Part shown: positions 7,655 to 17,134 of the stretch, one piece after another
Numbering within the stretch: the first letter of the stretch is position 1
How the letters are laid out: every line of letters begins with the position of its first letter
Virus record (IMG/VR): IMGVR_UViG_3300042346_001094
Coordinates: 1 to 62,749 of that record
Origin: a virus
Taxonomy: Duplodnaviria; Caudoviricetes
Reading direction: 5' to 3' (one strand)
Length of the DNA: 62,749 bases
The notes under the pieces: generated by a model
Seen by the model: only the letters and a program-made list of their open reading frames with translations
Database searches by the model: none
What the model was told of the DNA's origin: nothing
Made by a program: the position numbers and the translations under genes

Positions 7655-10600
7655 TGGCGAACTCCACCGACGAACTGCGCGCCCGTCTAGCGCTCGCACG
7701 CGCCCGCGTAGCGCTGCACAAAGGCTTTTGGAACCGCTGGCCTGCAGGCTCAGAGAAAGGCGGCCAGTTCGCCCCGAAAGCCAGCACCGGCATCGGCGGC
7801 GGCCCTGCCAAGGGCGGCGGCGGAATGTTTGGCGCATGGGGCAGCAAGGCCAGCCAGTACGCATCCTACGTTGCTGGGCTCAAGGGCGGCGCAGGCCCGA
7901 AGCCTGCCGCTGGCTCTGGGATTCTGGGCCCGCAGTTTGGCGGCAGTGCGCCGAAAGGCCCGCCGCCGGGCTCTGCGCAGCATCCAAAGGTGAACGACAA
8001 AGGCGCGGCGGTAACCATCAACTACCCCACCAAGCCTTCGCACCAAAGCACGTGGAGCGATCACAACAAGACGGCCGTGTTCACGCCGGGCAGCGATGCC
8101 CCTGCCGTGCTCAACAACGTGGCCATGAAGCCTTGGAACCCGCCGAAGGACGGCTGGAGCAAGGTGCCCGGCACCAAGGAATCGCTCGAAGCCGATATGC
8201 CGTTCGAAGCCACGCCCGGCAAGACCGTGGGCGCTGGCGTGGTGATCATGGAGCCAGATGGCCGCCTGTGGCTCACGCGGCCCACCAACGCCTTTGGCGG
8301 CTACCAGAACACCTACCCCAAAGGCACGGTGGAATCCGGGCTCACGATGCAGCAGAACGCCGTAAAGGAGGCGTGGGAGGAAACCGGGCTCAAGGTGAAA
8401 ATCACCGGCATCCTTGGCGATTACGAGCGCGACACTTCGAAGGCGCGCTTCTACATCGCCCAGCGCGTCGGCGGCACGCCGAAAGGCATGGGCTGGGAGT
8501 CGCAGGCCATCAACCTCGCCACGCTCAAGGACGCTCGCAAGCTGCTCAACCGCGAGCACGATCGCGGCATCCTTGACGATCTCGAAGATCTCATCGCGCT
8601 TTCGAAGTCGAAAACAGCGCCCAAGGGCGGGTTCTGGACGAACCAACCGCGCTGGCCGGGCGGCTCTGCGCTGGGCGGCCAGTGGAAGGCGACGGATGCA
8701 GACGGCATCACCATCGCACCGAAGATTGCAGGCGGGCTGGAGGGCACAAACTCCAACTACCAAAAAGCCGCGATCGCCGTGTACACCTCAGTCAAAAACG
8801 GCGATCTAAAAACCGCACAGGCGGTGATCGACAAGTACGCTGCCGCCAACGAGAAGTTTGCGACCGGGGTGAAAGGCACCTCGCACGTGAAGTACGGCGC
8901 ACAGACATACCAATACGCCGTGCAGGCGGTTGGCGACTACAAGGCGAAGATTTCTGCAACGGCTACGGCCGACGCGATCATCGGGCCGCAGAAACTCTCG
9001 CACATGGCCTACGAGGGGCCAAAGCCCGGCGGCTCCAACCCCGGCGCAATGTACGTGGACGACTCTGGCAAATGGCTCGTGAAGGGCAGCAACGCCTCAA
9101 ACGCCACCCCGCGCTCGCACAACGAGGTGCTGGCGTCGAAGCTCATGGCCGCTGCTGGCGTCGGCGCTCCGGAAATGAAGCTCGTGGACTTGCAGGGCAC
9201 GCACGGCGGCGGCATCGGTGTCGCCTCGAAGTGGATCGAAGGCGGTGTGGCATTCGACAAGAGCAACCCGGCGCACATTTCGTTGGCCCAGCAAGATTTC
9301 GCTGTGCACGCATGGCTGGCCAACTACGACGCCATTGGGATGGGCTTCGACAACACGCAGATCATCAACGGCAAGGCCGTCAACATCGATCCGGGCGGAG
9401 CGCTGCTGTACCGCGCACAGGGCGCACCCAAAATGGACTTCGGCAACGAGGTGACGGAGTTTGATTCGCTGCGCAAGCCGGTGCAAGGCGTGCCGGTCAA
9501 TCACTCAGCGCACGCTGTGTATGGCTCGATGACCGCCAGCCAGATCGCGGAATCCGCGAAGAAGGTTGCGGCCATTTCGGATGAGACCATTTTCAAGCTC
9601 GTGCATACATACGCGCCCGACACGGTGGATAAACCCGCGCTTGCCGACAAGATCATCGCCCGCAAGTATGACCTGCTGACCAAGGTGGCGGCTCTGGAGG
9701 CAAAAGCCGCGCCGCCCCCAGCGCCCGCGCCTGCGGCCGTTGGAGAGGCCGGGTATATCGATACGATCGCACAGCTCAAAGGCACCCATTACGGAGCAAT
9801 TTCCGCAAAGTTTGTTCACACCACTGTGGCACTTAAGGTTGACCAAATTATCAACGAAAACCTTGACCCGGTTTCTATAACGGTGGGAATTGACAACGCG
9901 CTTGAGGACGATGGCGAGAAGTTCAAGTTTGCAGATATCGGCGTTGAAAAGTTTCCAGTTATTTTCCAAACGCAAGTCAGCAAGATGGTCAAAAACGGAG
10001 AGTTGCGCAAGCTCTCTAAAGACGTTGAGGCATTACTTGGGCAGGCGCAGATGTACAAATCGATAGGCGCTCCCGACATGGTGAAACAAAAAGCGCAGAT
10101 GGCCGCGTATATGGCTGCTGCAATCGTTCAAATCAAGGCTGATCAAGCCAAGGCTGCAAAGGCAATAGTGCCGCCACCGGCCGCGCCGATCCAAAAGCCC
10201 ACGTTCAACTCTGGCTTCGAAAAGGCCGACAAGTTCTACGCCGACATAGCCAACAAACTACAAACCTTGCACGCGGCTGGCAACCTCGCGGGGCTGAAAA
10301 CCTTTGAGGGCATGAAAACCGCGTACACGGACGGCGGCAAACAGGTGCCGTGGAAGCCGGGCACGGGCAACGGCATAAAAATGGCCATCTACCACGCGGA
10401 GCTTGTCTCGGATCTCGAAAAGAAATCAGCGGCGCAGGTGATTGTTGCGGCCAACGCGGCCGACAAGGTGATTTCCACTCCCGTACCGCCGCCGCCGAAG
10501 AATGCGCCCGTCACAACCGCGCTGCCAAACTTCGCCGCCGCGATGCTTCCTTTGACGAACACCAACGCCGCGTCGCACAACGGCAAGATCGACGCGATTG

Positions 10601-11907
10601 CAAAGCTCGCGAACGCTGGCGATGTGAAGGGCTTGTTGTCGCTTAACTTTGGCACGAACACGTACGGCAAGAAGCAGGCGAATCTGGCCAACGACGCGCT
10701 GACCGCGCTGGGCTCGCCGGAGAAGGTGCAGGCGGGCCAGAAATCTGGTGCGCATCCTGCGCTGCACGGAGGCGCAACGCCTGCCGCAGTGATCGCCGCT
10801 GCGGCTACCACCAAGGTGCAGCCGCCCACGCCTGCGCCTCCAGTGGAGACGCCGAAGAGCAGCAAGCCCGCTTTCAAGCCCGACAACCTTACCGCGCCGC
10901 CAAACTTCAACAACTGGAACAACGGCGGCAAGGGGCTTTCGAGCAAGGATTGGGTGAACCAATCGAACACTGCCGTTGCAGCCGCAATCTACACCGCAGC
11001 CAAAACCGGCGACATGAGCGCAGTGAAGGCCGTTGCGTACGAGGTGCTGGACAAGGAGACCGGCGCAAAAACGGGCGTGTTCAAGCCCGCCTCTGAGCAC
11101 CCGTCGCAGCACATCAAGGCGTATCAGCAGAATCTCATTCAAGAAATCGATCTACAGCTTAATCCGCCGAAGATGCCGCGAATCGGCGTTCAAGCAAGCG
11201 GATCGATTGCCGAAGTTTCCAGCCAGATGCCGCCTGTGCCGTCTGGTAAGTCAATCGCTGCAGTGCCTCAGAACCAGAAGGCCGGGCGCTACATCGTGCT
11301 AGGCAAAGCCTCGCTCACCGAAAAGGAGCCTCCGGAGGATAACTCCGTGGCAACCACGAGCGCGTGGCAAAACATGGCCAAGCAGCACTACGCCAGCGCT
11401 TCAGACTCCGCCAAGCAGACTTTCAGCACGTATTTGACCAGCAGCGGCGCATCCGCTTTGAACACGGCTCTGCGAACGGGAAACACAAGCACGAACGTTG
11501 GCGGGAAGAGCGTCGAGAAGCACGTGAAGGACTTCGAAAAGCTGCTCGTGGATATCCCTGAAGGAACGACATTCACGCGAAACATGGGCATGAAGGGCTT
11601 CGGTGAAACTCCCAATCCGAAGTACATCACAGAGCTTCAGCAGTTTCTGATGAGCGCGGAGAAAGGCACCGTTGTGCAGGAGCCCGGCTTCAGCAGCGCG
11701 TCGTTCGGCAGCCAGATTCTGTCCAACAACGATATCAAGTGGAACTTGCGTGCTGGCAAGGGCGTCAAGGCATTCCCGGCATGGCTTACGGCCAACACGG
11801 GAGAGGCTGAGTCGCTCTTCCCGCCCAACACGCGGTACATGATTCTGGGCGCAAAGAAAAAAGGAAAAACCGTCTACGTAGACGCCGTTTTGCTCCCGAA
11901 TTCATAA
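7654..11907 (+). CDS. 1417-aa polyvalent protein: Nudix hydrolase, HipA/PI3K-like kinase and VIP2/Alt-like ADP-ribosyltransferase
   Basis: Nudix box GTVESGLTMQQNAVKEAWEETG; kinase GSNPG..WLVK..NEVLAS..WLANYD..IDPG; ART TFTRN..GFSSAS..EAESLFP. Confidence 0.8.
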   Translation: MANSTDELRARLALARARVALHKGFWNRWPAGSEKGGQFAPKASTGIGGGPAKGGGGMFGAWGSKASQYASYVAGLKGGAGPKPAAGSGILGPQFGGSAPKGPPPGSAQHPKVNDKGAAVTINYPTKPSHQSTWSDHNKTAVFTPGSDAPAVLNNVAMKPWNPPKDGWSKVPGTKESLEADMPFEATPGKTVGAGVVIMEPDGRLWLTRPTNAFGGYQNTYPKGTVESGLTMQQNAVKEAWEETGLKVKITGILGDYERDTSKARFYIAQRVGGTPKGMGWESQAINLATLKDARKLLNREHDRGILDDLEDLIALSKSKTAPKGGFWTNQPRWPGGSALGGQWKATDADGITIAPKIAGGLEGTNSNYQKAAIAVYTSVKNGDLKTAQAVIDKYAAANEKFATGVKGTSHVKYGAQTYQYAVQAVGDYKAKISATATADAIIGPQKLSHMAYEGPKPGGSNPGAMYVDDSGKWLVKGSNASNATPRSHNEVLASKLMAAAGVGAPEMKLVDLQGTHGGGIGVASKWIEGGVAFDKSNPAHISLAQQDFAVHAWLANYDAIGMGFDNTQIINGKAVNIDPGGALLYRAQGAPKMDFGNEVTEFDSLRKPVQGVPVNHSAHAVYGSMTASQIAESAKKVAAISDETIFKLVHTYAPDTVDKPALADKIIARKYDLLTKVAALEAKAAPPPAPAPAAVGEAGYIDTIAQLKGTHYGAISAKFVHTTVALKVDQIINENLDPVSITVGIDNALEDDGEKFKFADIGVEKFPVIFQTQVSKMVKNGELRKLSKDVEALLGQAQMYKSIGAPDMVKQKAQMAAYMAAAIVQIKADQAKAAKAIVPPPAAPIQKPTFNSGFEKADKFYADIANKLQTLHAAGNLAGLKTFEGMKTAYTDGGKQVPWKPGTGNGIKMAIYHAELVSDLEKKSAAQVIVAANAADKVISTPVPPPPKNAPVTTALPNFAAAMLPLTNTNAASHNGKIDAIAKLANAGDVKGLLSLNFGTNTYGKKQANLANDALTALGSPEKVQAGQKSGAHPALHGGATPAAVIAAAATTKVQPPTPAPPVETPKSSKPAFKPDNLTAPPNFNNWNNGGKGLSSKDWVNQSNTAVAAAIYTAAKTGDMSAVKAVAYEVLDKETGAKTGVFKPASEHPSQHIKAYQQNLIQEIDLQLNPPKMPRIGVQASGSIAEVSSQMPPVPSGKSIAAVPQNQKAGRYIVLGKASLTEKEPPEDNSVATTSAWQNMAKQHYASASDSAKQTFSTYLTSSGASALNTALRTGNTSTNVGGKSVEKHVKDFEKLLVDIPEGTTFTRNMGMKGFGETPNPKYITELQQFLMSAEKGTVVQEPGFSSASFGSQILSNNDIKWNLRAGKGVKAFPAWLTANTGEAESLFPPNTRYMILGAKKKGKTVYVDAVLLPNS

Positions 11908-11960
11908 AACCGACGGCTGTAGTTGCTCAACCGATAGCGCAGCAGGGGTAAGATATCCGC

Positions 11961-12431
11961 ATGAAACTTCCAGACACCCAAGAGCTTGCCAAAACCGGGC
12001 TCTCAACAGCCAAGCCTTATTTGGGCACCTACTCGATTGTTGATGGGCTTGTGCGCCAATTGTTGAGCGCCGTGACCGACCTGCGCGAGCAGCAGCTTGC
12101 AGGCAAATTGCAGGGCGTCGAGCCGCAACTTGATGCGCTGTGCAAGAAGTTCCAAGCCACGATGTACGGGCAGAGCCCGGAATTCCTTGCATCGGCGTGG
12201 AACAGCCCCGGCCAACTTGGCAAGGCGCTCGTAGAGGAAGCGGGTATAGGCGGCGACACTGACGACGCCGTGGCCCGCCTCGCGGCAAAGATCATCAGCG
12301 ACTATCTGGCTGTGTACATCCCCTTTGAGCAGGAGGCGGCCAGTGATGACGATTTCCAGTTCGGGCTAGAGACCGTAGTGGAAACTTTCTCGCACATCCT
12401 GCTTGGAATCCCGCTCGACCCGGCAGATTAA
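11961..12431 (+). CDS. Acidic helical hypothetical protein
   Basis: 156-aa ORF between the polyvalent gene and a terminator. Confidence 0.65.
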   Translation: MKLPDTQELAKTGLSTAKPYLGTYSIVDGLVRQLLSAVTDLREQQLAGKLQGVEPQLDALCKKFQATMYGQSPEFLASAWNSPGQLGKALVEEAGIGGDTDDAVARLAAKIISDYLAVYIPFEQEAASDDDFQFGLETVVETFSHILLGIPLDPAD

Positions 12432-12457
12432 AGCCTCGTTGTCACGCCCGTGATACT

Positions 12458-12486
12458 AAAGCCCGCCTCGTGCGGGCTTTTTGTTT
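12458..12486 (+). terminator. Rho-independent terminator
   Basis: AAAGCCCGC-CTCGT-GCGGGCTTTTTGTTT. Confidence 0.85.
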
Positions 12487-12577
12487 CTAGCGCTTCCACA
12501 ACCGTTTTTCGCGTGTTACGAAATCAATCACGGACGGTTCGCGCCGCCCGTTCTCACAGTCGTGACACGGAGTTGTG

Positions 12578-12970
12578 ATGAGCGTTGGTATCAGCTTCCA
12601 GTTCCAGAAGGCAGACGCCACCGGCGGCTTTGTACGCGGTTGGGCGAGCGTGGCCGAAGTGGATGGGAAGGCCGTCACCGACCATCAAGGCGACGTTATC
12701 ACCATGCAGGAGCTCCAGAAGGCCGCACACAAGTTCGTGTGTGACGCCCGCGTGGCCAAGGCCATGCACTCTGGCAAGCAGGTGGGTGAGGTTGTGGAAA
12801 GCGTTTTGATCGATGACGAGTTCGCCAAGGCTCTGGGCGTGCAGGACAGCCGCCGGGGTTGGTGGATCGGCATGGCGATCAACGACGAGAGCGTGCGCAA
12901 GCGCGTGCGCTCCGGCGAGCTGAAAGCCTTCAGCATTGGTGGGCGCGGTCGCCGCGCCAAGATGGAGTGA
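12578..12970 (+). CDS. XkdF-like prohead serine protease
   Basis: DHQGDVI, AMH, GWWIG, GELKAFSIGG. Confidence 0.8.
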   Translation: MSVGISFQFQKADATGGFVRGWASVAEVDGKAVTDHQGDVITMQELQKAAHKFVCDARVAKAMHSGKQVGEVVESVLIDDEFAKALGVQDSRRGWWIGMAINDESVRKRVRSGELKAFSIGGRGRRAKME

Positions 12971-12975
12971 ACGCA

Positions 12976-13920
12976 ATGCCGCAAATGCTTTCGGACATGA
13001 CGATTGAAGAAATCAGCCTCGTGGATGACCCGGCCAACGAGCAGGCCCGCGTCCAGATTGTGAAAGCACGGGGCAAGAAGAAACCTCAAGCCGCAACCGA
13101 ATCCGAAATCGATGATGAGGATATGGATGCGGAAGAGACCCTCGACGATGGCGAAGAAGCGCCTGCAGTGAGGAATCTCAAGAAAGCGCTCTCAGCCATC
13201 GCGCCTCGTCTGGCGCAAACCATTGCCGGGGGTGTCTCGGCTGATTCCGATGCGGCTGCATCGGGTGAAACTGCACTCAAGGAGTACACAATGGACTTGG
13301 AGAATCTTTCCAAGGCGCTGGAAGAGGCGGAAGAGAAGCTGGGCACGCTGCAGAAGCGCGCCGACGATGCTGAGGCCGCACTTGCCACCGCTCAGAACGA
13401 GCTCGCAACCCGCGACACGCAGATTGCTGAGCTGCAGAAGGCCGCCGCCCCGCAGCCCACCGAAGAGGATGTGCTGAAGTCGCTTCCGGAGCCGGTGCGC
13501 AAGCGCATCGAGGAAACCGAAGCCCGTGCGAAGGCCGCCGAAGATGCCATCTCGAAGATCCGCGCCGAAGCGGAGCTTGGTGAGGCCGTGGCCAAGGCGA
13601 AGAGCCTCAGCCTGCCGGAGCCGGAGAAGATGGGCCCGCTGCTGCTGCGCGTGGCGAAGGGCATGACCACCGCAGAGGACGCCTCTACGTTGGAAGCTGT
13701 GTTTAAGGGCATCGTTGAGCAGGGCTCACAGGCCGCTCTGTTCAAGAGCCTTGGTTCCAGCGCCGCCGTTGATGGCGACCCGGAATCTCTGCTGAAAGCC
13801 AAGGCCGATGAGATCCAGAAGGCCAACACCGGCATGACGTTTGAGCAGGCGTACGCCAAAGCTGTGGATTCAAACCCGGCTCTGTACAACGCCTACGTCG
13901 CCAAGCGCCGGGCCGCGTAA
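12976..13920 (+). CDS. Scaffolding protein (possible internal start at 13291)
   Basis: EEISLVDDPAN N-terminus, coiled coil, TFEQAYAKAV..NPALY C-terminus; AAGGAG before ATG 13291. Confidence 0.75.
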   Translation: MPQMLSDMTIEEISLVDDPANEQARVQIVKARGKKKPQAATESEIDDEDMDAEETLDDGEEAPAVRNLKKALSAIAPRLAQTIAGGVSADSDAAASGETALKEYTMDLENLSKALEEAEEKLGTLQKRADDAEAALATAQNELATRDTQIAELQKAAAPQPTEEDVLKSLPEPVRKRIEETEARAKAAEDAISKIRAEAELGEAVAKAKSLSLPEPEKMGPLLLRVAKGMTTAEDASTLEAVFKGIVEQGSQAALFKSLGSSAAVDGDPESLLKAKADEIQKANTGMTFEQAYAKAVDSNPALYNAYVAKRRAA

Positions 13921-13950
13921 GCCACCCATTTCCTTTAGGAGCATTTGATC

Positions 13951-14328
13951 ATGGCAAGTGAAAACATTGTTCAGTCGATCACCTTGCCTGCGGCGGCGGA
14001 TCTTTCGTCCTCGCAGTTCAAGTTGGTCACGGTTAACTCCAGCGGGCAGGCCGCTCTCGCGAACGCCACGGCGCTCGTGGTTGGCGTGCTGCAGAACAAG
14101 CCTTCTGCTGCTGGGCAGGCCGCCACGGTGGCCGTGCACGGCGTGTCGAAGGCTGTGGCCGGTGGTGCGATCACCGCCGGTGCTCGCGTGACCGCTGATG
14201 CCAGCGGCAACGCGATCGCTGCCGCTTCGGCCGGTGACGCAGTGTTGGGTGTGGCGCTCACGGGCGCTGCCTCTGGCGATGTGTTCCCCGTTCTCATCAA
14301 CCCGTATCCGTTCGCCGCGTTGGCGTAA
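13951..14328 (+). CDS. Capsid decoration/cement protein (DUF2190-like)
   Basis: GVLQNKP..G..AGGAITAG..GVAL; immediately upstream of the major capsid gene. Confidence 0.75.
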   Translation: MASENIVQSITLPAAADLSSSQFKLVTVNSSGQAALANATALVVGVLQNKPSAAGQAATVAVHGVSKAVAGGAITAGARVTADASGNAIAAASAGDAVLGVALTGAASGDVFPVLINPYPFAALA

Positions 14329-14354
14329 TTGGAACTCTGTAGGAGTAACCTTCG

Positions 14355-15341
14355 ATGAACCCGACTCCCGGTGACGTTCACGTTAACCAGCCGCTGACCA
14401 ACATCAGCATTGCGTTCCTCCAGAACGCTTCCAACTTCGTTTCCTCGCGAGTGTTCCCCAACATTCCGGTTTCGAAGCAGGCCGACCGCTACTACACCTA
14501 CGATCGCGGCGATTTCAACCGCGACGAGATGGAGTTGCGCGCTCCCAGCTCTGAGAGCGCCGGTGGTGGCTACAAGCTGGACAACACCCCCAGCTACTAC
14601 GCTCCGGTCTATGCCTTCCACAAGGACATTCCGGATCAAGTGCGTGCCAATGCCGACGCAGTGCTTTCGCCGGATCGCGAGGCCACCGCGTTCGTCACCC
14701 ACAAGGCTCTCATCAAGCGTGAGAAGCTGTGGGTGTCGAAGTATTTCAACACCGGCATTTGGTCGTTCAACCGCACGGGCGTTGCCGGTTCGCCGGGCGC
14801 TTCGGAAGTGAAGCAGTGGAACGACGCCACCTCGACCCCGATCGCCAACGTGCGTGCGATGAAGCGCGCCATTGCCGAAAGCACCGGCTTCGAGCCCAAC
14901 AAGCTCGTGGTTGGCCGCCCGGTGTATGACGCACTGATCGACCACCCGGAAATCGTGGATCGCATCAAGTACGGCCAGACGGCCGGTGCCCCGGCGATGA
15001 GCAGCGCGCAGGTTCTGGCGCAGCTCTTCGATGTGGGTGAGGTGCTCGTGATGAACGCGATCGAGAACACTGGCAAGGAAGGCCAGAGCAACTCGCACTC
15101 GTTCATCGGTGGCAAGGCCGCGCTGCTGTGCTACGCCGCCCCGGCTCCGGGCTTGATGACGCCCAGCGCCGGTTACACGTTCTCGTGGAATGGTTTGCTT
15201 GGTTCGGGTGCCGAAGGCAACCGCATCAGCACCTTCCGCATGGAACACCTCAAGAGCGACCGCGTTGAGATCGAAATGGCTTTCGACCAGAAGCTGATTT
15301 CTGCCGACCTCGGTGCGTTCTGGACGACGGTTGTTGCGTAA
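14355..15341 (+). CDS. Major capsid protein
   Basis: Position, strong SD, HVNQPLTNISIAF, PNKLVVG..HPEIVDRIKY. Confidence 0.85.
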   Translation: MNPTPGDVHVNQPLTNISIAFLQNASNFVSSRVFPNIPVSKQADRYYTYDRGDFNRDEMELRAPSSESAGGGYKLDNTPSYYAPVYAFHKDIPDQVRANADAVLSPDREATAFVTHKALIKREKLWVSKYFNTGIWSFNRTGVAGSPGASEVKQWNDATSTPIANVRAMKRAIAESTGFEPNKLVVGRPVYDALIDHPEIVDRIKYGQTAGAPAMSSAQVLAQLFDVGEVLVMNAIENTGKEGQSNSHSFIGGKAALLCYAAPAPGLMTPSAGYTFSWNGLLGSGAEGNRISTFRMEHLKSDRVEIEMAFDQKLISADLGAFWTTVVA

Positions 15342-15347
15342 TCAACT

Positions 15348-15382
15348 GGGGCGGGGCTGAGGTAACTACTCAGCTCCGCCCC
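15348..15382 (+). terminator. Strong hairpin after the capsid gene
   Basis: GGGGCGGGGCTGAG/CTCAGCTCCGCCCC; no U-tract. Confidence 0.55.
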
Positions 15383-15401
15383 GGCTGCCTTAGAGAAAGC
15401 C

Positions 15402-15767
15402 ATGGCAGAACCCAGACTTTTCAACCCAGAAAGCAAATTCAAAGCAATGCGCCCGTTCACGATGGGCGGCCGCCAATACGGGCACGACGAATCGGTAGAT
15501 GTGCGTGGCATCGAAACGCGCCGCTTGCGGCAGATGTTCGATATGCGCCTCATCGATACCGACAAGGGCGATGCCCCGCCGCCGCCGCGCAAGGCCGCTG
15601 TAGAGCCGCCTGTAAAGCAGGAAGTGGCTCCGGTAGCGTCAGATGCGAAGGCATCGTTGCGGCACAAGGGCTTTGGGAAATACGAGATTGTGGACGCGCA
15701 GGGCAACACGATTGCGGGCCCGTTTCAGCGCGAGCAAGCCGATGCGGAATTGCTGAAGTATTTGTGA
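15402..15767 (+). CDS. Hypothetical head-associated protein
   Basis: Position between capsid and adaptor genes. Confidence 0.6.
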   Translation: MAEPRLFNPESKFKAMRPFTMGGRQYGHDESVDVRGIETRRLRQMFDMRLIDTDKGDAPPPPRKAAVEPPVKQEVAPVASDAKASLRHKGFGKYEIVDAQGNTIAGPFQREQADAELLKYL

Positions 15768-15775
15768 GGTGAGGC

Positions 15776-16351
15776 ATGGCTCTGACAGTCGAGAACGGAA
15801 CCGGGCTCGCCGGAGCAGACGCCTACATCTCGCTCGTTGAATTCAAGACGTTCTGCAGCGATCGCAACTATCGCTGGGAATCGTACGAGGATTTCCAACT
15901 GGAGGCGTCGATACGCCTCGCCACGAGTTGGATCGATACCTACTCTCGATACAAGGGCTCGCGCCTCGTTTCCTCGCAGGCGCTGGAGTTCCCCCGCGCA
16001 GACCTTACGGACTGGAGCGGCTACACCATCACCGGCGTGCCCAAGCGCGTGAAGGATGCTTGCTCTGAGCTCGCGTTTAAGGGGCTCTCAGAGCCTCTGT
16101 ATCAAGATCTCGACCGTGGCGGCATGATCACCTCTGAGAGCGTGGGGCCGATCTCTGTGTCGTACAGCGAGGGCGCTCCGGCGGGCAAGGTGTGGCAGTT
16201 CGCGGTGAACCTGCTGAAGCCATACGTGCGCGACCCGCACAACTTCCGTGGGCCGCTGTGGACTGAGCCCACCACGGAGCCAGTGTTTAACGTTGGGATG
16301 AACGACAATCCGGGCAACGGCTCTCGCCTGCTTGCCCCGGACGGAACCTAA
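15776..16351 (+). CDS. Head-tail adaptor (DnaT-like family)
   Basis: MALTVENGTG..DAYIS, QALEFPR, VGPISVSY. Confidence 0.75.
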   Translation: MALTVENGTGLAGADAYISLVEFKTFCSDRNYRWESYEDFQLEASIRLATSWIDTYSRYKGSRLVSSQALEFPRADLTDWSGYTITGVPKRVKDACSELAFKGLSEPLYQDLDRGGMITSESVGPISVSYSEGAPAGKVWQFAVNLLKPYVRDPHNFRGPLWTEPTTEPVFNVGMNDNPGNGSRLLAPDGT

Positions 16352-16355
16352 TGCC

Positions 16356-16721
16356 GTGCCGAAGTACGCTGGCGCGGCCGCAACCGCCTACAACTTGATC
16401 GCCCGCAAGGGCGCACCCGTTGCGTTCACGCGGGAGACCACCGCCGCGTTCAACCCTGTAACGCAGCAGGAAACGAAATCCACCATCACCTTCACGCTCA
16501 ACGGCGTGGCAGTGCCGCCAGACAAGTCTGCGGAGTTCCGCATTGGATCGCTGGCCAAGCGCAACCTCGTGGAGCTGCACCTTGCGCCCAACCTTGGAAT
16601 TGCGCCGCAGCCGGGCGACAAGGCCCGCTGGGCCGGTGCTGATTGGACGGTCATCTGGAGCAACGCGCTAGATCCGGCCGCTGACGGCTCGCCGTACGCG
16701 CTTGCGTATCTGGAGCGCTGA
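16356..16721 (+). CDS. Head closure/stopper protein
   Basis: Synteny; beta-rich, about 120 aa. Confidence 0.6.
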   Translation: MPKYAGAAATAYNLIARKGAPVAFTRETTAAFNPVTQQETKSTITFTLNGVAVPPDKSAEFRIGSLAKRNLVELHLAPNLGIAPQPGDKARWAGADWTVIWSNALDPAADGSPYALAYLER

Positions 16722-17134
16722 TGAACAACGGGCATCAGTTCAACATCTCTCTGGCCGCGTGGGGCAAGAAATTCGAAGGCAGTATGGACGCGCTTGCGCG
16801 CCAAACGAGCCAGCAGATTGCGCTTAACGTGGTGAAGGACACGCCGGTAGATACCGGGTTCCTGCGCGGTTCGTGGCAGCCCGCCATTGGCGGCTCGAAG
16901 TTCCGCAACAAGCCCAACGGCGATGACGGCGGCGCTGCAGTGATCGCAGATGTGATGCTCACGGCGGCGCAGATGAAGGCTGGGCAGAAGTTCTACATGA
17001 TGAACAACGCCCATTACGCCGGGTTTGTCGAGTTTGGCACCTCGCGTATGCGCGCCCGCCTGTTTGTAACGCGAAACGTTAAGCGCGCCAAGTCTGTCGT
17101 TTCGAAGATTGCGCGTGAGCTGGGGGCCAAATGA
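16721..17134 (+). CDS. HK97 gp10-like tail completion protein
   Basis: TPVDTGFLRGSW, YAGFVEFGTSRM. Confidence 0.8.
   Translation: MNNGHQFNISLAAWGKKFEGSMDALARQTSQQIALNVVKDTPVDTGFLRGSWQPAIGGSKFRNKPNGDDGGAAVIADVMLTAAQMKAGQKFYMMNNAHYAGFVEFGTSRMRARLFVTRNVKRAKSVVSKIARELGAK

Noticed and set aside
13971-15248. Long antisense ORFs (also 7750-8763, 20508-21746, 42168-43454, 58108-59226)
   Set aside because: Shadow frames of real genes in GC-rich DNA, with no motifs or RBS
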